Origin: Macrostomum lignano
Lineage: Eukaryota
Reading direction: 5' to 3'
Length of the DNA: 64,000 nucleotides
Assembly (NCBI GenBank): GCA_002269645.1
Contig: NIVC01000528.1
Span: 252,087-316,086 of the forward strand
Below are positions 58,841 to 64,000 of the stretch, one piece after another. A program made the translations under genes and the position numbers. How positions within the stretch are numbered: the stretch's first letter is position 1; every line of letters starts with the position of its first letter. The notes under the pieces are model-generated. The model was given only the letters and a program-made list of their open reading frames with translations, ran no database searches and was not told where the DNA came from.

Positions 58841-60447
58841 TTAGTTCGCAGACATTATCTGGTTCTCATAAAAAGAACCCAATATTTCTTCACCATCCTT
58901 ATCAGCAATTATATAGGTTGTAGGGTTTGTATTTAAAACTTTACTGATGGTAAATTTCTCACTTATTTTCCAATATCCTTTTCTTCCCTTTTCAAACTTA
59001 TCTTTCCATTTATAGATATAAACAGAATCACCAACCTTAAAACCTTTAGTTTTCTTTTTTTCAAAATCTCCAAAAGTAACCCTAACGTTTTCAGGATTGT
59101 TATAAGCTTGTTGAGGAGCCATCTTTATCGCCGAATGATATGAATTGTTATAATCTTTCACTACGTCTGGTAATATTTTTACCCATTTTTGGTTACCATT
59201 AAGACTAAACTGAAACCATAATTTCTTACCTAAAGTTCTATTAAATCTTTCTATTAATGCGTTTTACTCTCTCCATAAATAGAATAAATTTTATTAATAT
59301 ACTCCCCATTCGCGTCTTTTTTCCTTTCTTGTCCTTTTTCAAAATGATATAATTTATACATATGAGGATTGTAAAATTCTTTTCCTTCGTCAACACACAA
59401 ACGTTCGCTTTTTTCTCCAAGACTTCTAAAAGCAGCAGCAACATCCTCTCCTTTTTTGGATTTTAAAGGAACAGCCCACGCGTATCGAGTAAAACCATCT
59501 AATATGGTTAAGATATATTTATATCCTCTTTCGTTCGGCATAGACATTAAATCAGCATACTAAATTTCATTCTTTTTGAAGTTCATGATTTTTCTATAAA
59601 ATTTAGGTTTTCGATATTCTTTATGAAGAACCTTAGCCTTATCATAACTTAGCCCACTACCACTTAATAACAAACATTCGACACAATTATTACCATGTTG
59701 GTTGTAATTAATTCCTAAACCAAATTTAACTTTAGATTGTAGAATTTTTTTAACCATCCACCTAGTTAATCTTTGCCCTACCGATAATCCCTGCAAGTTA
59801 TCTAATCCTTGAATCATTTTTTGATCGGCTTCATGTTTTAATCTTAATGCTTCCTCGGGCGGGTTCTTGTCAGCATCTCTATATGCTAAGTCGTGATAGT
59901 ATGCTAACCAATCAATCCCATTTATTGGAATTGAATCAGATTTTGGGGTGTCATCAGGATTTAATCTCAAATCTAAGCGAGTCCCCGGCAGTTTACCCTC
60001 AATCTTTCGAAAGAGGCTGGAGCACACCTTAAGCGGCGATAATTACCGCCCATCTCCGTCTGCTCTCTGAACCTTCTCCTTATATTTAAAATACTTAGGA
60101 GCTTGGCTGCGCATTGCCACCGTGTCTTCAAGCTTTTTACCATCGAACCATAGGTTCGCGGACGAAGTCCGATTGGGAAGAGGAGTTACCTCTGTTCCTT
60201 CAAAAGATTTCTCAATTGAAGTGGTACTTGAAGCTGTATGACGGGTTTCACGCAATTTGGAGATGTCGCCACAAATAGTGACTAGCAAGGACATTGCCTT
60301 CCTCACTCAGGCCACGGGTTAACCTGTGAAGTTCATTGATGGTAGGTGTAGTTCCCCTGTATATTTACCAGTAGTAAAGATTGGTGGTAAGCTTGTTAAT
60401 CCTTTTTGAACATCTAACAATCCTCCTTCAAACACTATTTGGTTCAT
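58841..60447 (-). pseudogene. PLA2 (parvovirus VP1u/PLA2X-like)-retroviral-type integrase fusion gene, interrupted by a group I intron
   Basis: Exon 60447-60322 (..ELHLPSMNFTG) plus 59988 onward (PGTRLDLRL..PINGIDWLAYYHDLAY..RLKHEADQKM) gives PLA2. It continues in frame to LHKEYRKPKFYR..NEI*YADL (TAG at 59560-59562 where W is expected), YILTILDGFTRYAWAVPLKSK, VDEGKEF, a frameshift near 59258, then ALIERFNRTL..YNNSYHSAIKMAP..FKVGDSV. Confidence 0.88.
59989..60321 (-). ncRNA. Group I self-splicing intron, IC1-like, 333 nt, no internal endonuclease
   Basis: 5' exon ends in U and the intron ends in G. P1 CAGGU/GCCUG with U.G wobble; P AAAUUGCGUGAAA; Q AAUGCGCAGC; R GUUCAGAGAGCAGA; S AAGGUGUGCUCC; P7 GAGCA/UGCUC; P3 CAUCUCC/GGAGAUG; P8 GGCGGU/AUCGCC; P9 GAAA-loop hairpin. 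Excision restores ACA GGT CCG GGG ACT (TGPGT). Confidence 0.9.
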
Positions 60448-60997
60448 TTTTAATAGCCATAAAAATACATGATAGCACCAATTGTTTTGCAAACTCTTCA
60501 ATGGTTGGTTGTTGAACTTTTTTATAGCGATTATCTACGCTAGTTAAGTATCTTTTATTTCTCCAATTTTCAGACCTTATCATCTGATCATCATCTTTGT
60601 AACTAAATGAAGAAGCGGGGATGAAATGATCAATATCTAACTTTCCAGTATAATCTTTTGATACATAATAATTTCTTGTGAAATTTAACCAATCAAAAAA
60701 TAATTCTTTTGTGCAACCAAGATATGAGATATAGTCCTTGTCATTAAAATTTTTCAACGCCCAATTTATTCTATTTCTAATTAAAACAATATGTTTGTAA
60801 TTATCATCATTGTGATACTTGTTTTTTCTATATTCATTAAATTTATCTTTATTGTTTTTTATCCAAATAGCAGATGAGGTATTATGACAAGATCGACAAT
60901 CATTTCTAAATTTTTTTGAATCATTTCTCCAAAAATAAAATTCTTTCGTCATCGGTTTTTCTTGTTTACACTTAGTACAAATCTTATTAGTTTCCAT
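60428..60997 (-). CDS. Free-standing HNH/EndoVII-like endonuclease (type common in large DNA viruses), 189 aa
   Basis: N-terminal CxxC..K..F..CxxC zinc finger; YLGC..F; DIDHFIP..N..L..DNRYK HNH-like core. Intact ORF whose 3' end overlaps the PLA2-integrase start. Confidence 0.78.
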   Translation of the reverse strand: METNKICTKCKQEKPMTKEFYFWRNDSKKFRNDCRSCHNTSSAIWIKNNKDKFNEYRKNKYHNDDNYKHIVLIRNRINWALKNFNDKDYISYLGCTKELFFDWLNFTRNYYVSKDYTGKLDIDHFIPASSFSYKDDDQMIRSENWRNKRYLTSVDNRYKKVQQPTIEEFAKQLVLSCIFMAIKNEPNSV

Positions 60998-61049
60998 TTT
61001 ATAAAAAATAAATTTAACAATTAATTAATCGAACCTTTGGTTCGCGACC

Positions 61050-61721
61050 CTACGGGGCGATTCCTGTATGTCCAGCAGCTTTCGCAGCAGCTAAAACAAG
61101 TTTTCGCGGTGTTTTAAATCCTTCTCCAACAGCCGGTTTGTTATTTATAGAATTAACAATCCTTTTATACAAGCTGGTATTTTTAACAGCTCCTCCTAAC
61201 TCATCATAAAAAATTCTAGCACTTATTAATTCATCCCTAGTATATAAATCAGGGTTAAATTTTACCCTAGGGTTCATAACAATATTATATGCTCCACCCA
61301 ATTCTCTATATAGTTCATTTCGATTTTTATCAACTCCACCAATTCGATAATTATTATTACCTAAATCTGTCGCAGCAATACTAGCTGGTACTCTTGGATA
61401 TTGTTCCCGATCGCCCCGCTCTGCACGTCTAATCTCTGCAATTCTCAATTGCGCTTGATCAACATCATAAGCAGGCGGCTCATCCAAAATTTCATCCTCT
61501 TTTGGCTCCGTATTTTTAGCAATTTTTTCCAGAAGATCTTTATCTGTTTTTTCTAGTTCACTAATTTTCCCAGTAATAGGATTAACAAAAGGAGCAGCAA
61601 ATCTTTCGCCAGCTAATTGTATTCCTAACTTTCTTTTTTGTAAATTTCTAACAAAATCAGAATATCTTTGCTTCTCTTTATAAATCGCTAACTCTCCATC
61701 AACGTCCATAAATTGACTCAT
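61050..61721 (-). CDS. Viral hypothetical protein, 223 aa (coiled-coil-like N-terminus)
   Basis: Intact ORF with AAAAAATG context; FVNPITGKISEL resembles motifs recalled from uncharacterised Polinton proteins. Confidence 0.6.
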   Translation of the reverse strand: MSQFMDVDGELAIYKEKQRYSDFVRNLQKRKLGIQLAGERFAAPFVNPITGKISELEKTDKDLLEKIAKNTEPKEDEILDEPPAYDVDQAQLRIAEIRRAERGDREQYPRVPASIAATDLGNNNYRIGGVDKNRNELYRELGGAYNIVMNPRVKFNPDLYTRDELISARIFYDELGGAVKNTSLYKRIVNSINNKPAVGEGFKTPRKLVLAAAKAAGHTGIAP

Positions 61722-61755
61722 TTTTTAACATAAAAAACTTTTTTAACTTAAAAAA

Positions 61756-63225
61756 ATGGCTGAAACAAAAACTATGTGGAGTGATAAATTTCATTTCAAA
61801 AAGCACCGACAGTATATTAATGAGGTCAGAGCAAGAGATTTAAATTATACCCTACCAACAAGTGATAATTCAAATAACTTTACTACTGGAACGGTAACTT
61901 TTGACATCGGCGCAACCAACACTATATTGGATATGAAAAATGCGTTTTTCCGCGTTAGATGGTTGTATACTAGAAATGATGGAACTGCTCTTGCAGCCGG
62001 AGATATCGCAGATCGATCCGGAATAATAATAGAAAATGATTGGTTTTATAAATGTTTTTCCCAAGCTCAACTAACTGTTAATGGTGCTGAGGTTGAGACA
62101 TCATCAAACCCCGCAGAGATTAATGGAGTTTTGAAACATTTAAATTATACTTATTTATCAAAACAAGTTGGTGATAATGTTGGGTGGATGCCGGATAAAG
62201 GTAACGGTCAAGCAGTAGTTTTCCCTAATGTACAAAACGCAGCCGGGCAGATACTGCAGCGCTAATTGTTTACCTTAATACAAACATAGTTCCAGTTGTA
62301 ACCACTATGACTAATACAAAAGATATTAATACTGGTTTTATAGATCGTCAGAATAAATTCCCAGTCGCGGTTTTAACCACAACAACAGCATATGAGCAGG
62401 ACTTTTCAATCTTTCCACTATTTGGGTTTTTCTCACCAAATCGGGTAATGGAAAGGATTAAAATTTGGGATACAGTTGCAAATATCTGGTGGATATCAGC
62501 CTAGGATACTTTATGGAACCTCAATTTCAACGATATAGCAGTTCGTATAGATTCAATTCAATTAGTCGTACCAACTATTGAGGTAACAGCCCCACTTTTA
62601 AAACACATCGATAATCAGTTAACGCATGATCAGGAAATATTTTATTTGAATGCGTAGACACTTTATGCGAACCATTAATAACAATCAGGATTCATTCCAG
62701 TGCAAATACTGACATCAAAAACGTCGGGTGAGATATATTTTGTTTGGTTTAAGATAACAAATAGAAGGAGTAAAAGAGCAAATGGGGATTTATATTGGCT
62801 TCAATCCGGTGCCATAGCAGAACAAGCAGCCACCGCAACAGACAATGCGGCTGCAGCTATTAACGAGTTAATGTTCAGAATATCCGCCTGCAGGTTGATG
62901 ATCAATATTATCCGGTTAAAGACCCCTAAATTTAAATATAGCAAATAATAATGTTAATGATTTTATAAAATATTATCAAGATTATGCTAAAAGATGAAGC
63001 GTATGCCGTCCCTCAGTACACACCCACAGAGTTTCTAAAACATTCATCCAGTGGTTGTTTATGATCTAACGGCACAGAAAGAAAACGTAGCCAATATTGG
63101 ACTTAATTATATGTTAGAGATTAATAAAACCGGTAATCAGGCACTTGACGCCCACGTATTGTTTCTAGAGGAATATATGTCAATTGCTAAAGCTGATGGC
63201 ACGATTGTTCGGGACGCACCTATTT
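61756..63225 (+). pseudogene. Probable major capsid protein (double jelly-roll), frameshifted
   Basis: N-terminal ORF with FSQAQLTVNGAEVETSSNP..LKHLNYT..GWMPD, typical of Polinton/PLV MCPs. Continues through several frames to ..DGTIVRDAPI*; lies directly upstream of the ATPase. Confidence 0.68.
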
Positions 63226-63241
63226 AAATTATTTCATTAAA

Positions 63242-63980
63242 AATGGTAAAAGCAAAACACAATAAAATATTTCCAAATGATCCTTTTCTTTGTTTAGTAA
63301 TCCGAGGATCAGGTAAAGGAAAAACACACTTTGTTTTACGATTTATTAACAACAGATGGAATGTTAGACTATAATAATTTAATAATTTATACTAATAAAC
63401 CTAGAATAAAATATTATGAATTTCTTAAACATGGATTAAAAAACAAATTAAAAAAAGATCTTGTTTAGAATGTTAAGAGCATATGAGCAATATGAGGATG
63501 ATGACGAACCGCGATTTAATCTAGCAGACATTGAGGATTTATGTAAAACAATGGCACAACAGCCAGAAAAATCACCGATCGTACCGAAGCGCGGACTTCG
63601 TCCGATCGAGCCCCAACAATTACAATATCAAACCGATTAACTTATGACAAAATTCCAAAAAATGATAAAACACTAATTATTTTTGATGATTGTATTAATG
63701 ACGGTGATCAAGAATTACAAAAGGAAATTTTTGTTAGTGGTAGAGGAGATGGAATCGGAGCTTTTTATCTAACACAGTCCTTTAGAGAATTAGAATCGAT
63801 TATAAAAAAGAATGCAAGTTGTTGTGTAATGTTTGATTTAGATAATTATGATTTACAAAATATACACGCTAGATTTAATCCCGGTTGGATGCAAAACCAT
63901 TTAAAAGTATGTGTAAAAAATTTGGATGATAGCCAATACAAACATATTTTATATCAATCCGAGGTTAGAAAGGAAACATA
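63242..63980 (+). pseudogene. A32/FtsK-like packaging ATPase, frameshifted
   Basis: MVKAKHNKIFPNDPFLCLVIRGSGKGKTH (Walker A), TLIIFDDC (Walker B, ~63665-63695) and GRGDGIGAFYLTQS (motif C); multiple stops. Confidence 0.82.
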
Positions 63981-64000
63981 GAATTTTAACAAATTTGATA

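Larger units (their letters stand above)
57948..64000. mobile_element. Polinton/Maverick (adintovirus-like) endogenous virus, decayed, continuing past the window end
   Basis: Abrupt switch to AT-rich, compact, spliceosomal-intron-free ORFs; (AGT)n terminus; retroviral-type integrase, PLA2, capsid-like and A32-like ATPase genes. No pPolB within the window. Confidence 0.88.

Noticed and set aside
60043-60306. 87-aa ORF as an intron-encoded endonuclease
   Set aside because: It overlaps the ribozyme core, starts at a non-ATG codon and has no LAGLIDADG, HNH, GIY-YIG or His-Cys motif.
59989-60321. Insertion as a piggyBac-like element (TTAA CCC..GGG TAAA) or a spliceosomal intron
   Set aside because: The piggyBac empty site would leave a stop codon and there are no real TIRs. 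The insert begins with TA rather than GT and no GT-AG pair restores the frame, whereas group I boundaries restore TGPGT exactly.

Overview
Eukaryotic (animal) genomic DNA with very GC-rich exons and introns filled with locus-specific mini/microsatellites, an architecture resembling Macrostomum-type flatworms (inference). Host genes reconstructed with phase-consistent splice junctions: calpain 5' end (-), RalGPS-type RasGEF-PH (+), CNG channel subunit (+), FANCA homologue (-), an SLC7/LAT amino-acid transporter with intronless CDS (-), two EF-hand genes (-) and SSUH2 (+). Mobile DNA: hAT relic, Penelope-type hammerhead remnant, two tRNA-SINE copies, a full-length decayed mariner and a 2.2-kb solo LTR. 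The last 6 kb hold a decayed Polinton/Maverick (adintovirus-like) endogenous virus with PLA2-integrase, HNH, capsid and packaging ATPase genes. The standout is a 333-nt insertion (59989-60321, - strand) in the viral PLA2-integrase gene. It has the full P1/P3/P4/P6/P7/P8/P9/P10 architecture of an IC1-like self-splicing group I intron, its removal restores the PLA2 GPGT motif, and it lies about 100 nt from a free-standing HNH endonuclease gene. This suggests a group I intron/homing-endonuclease system carried by a virus in an animal nuclear genome. All family assignments come from motif recognition; no database searches were run.
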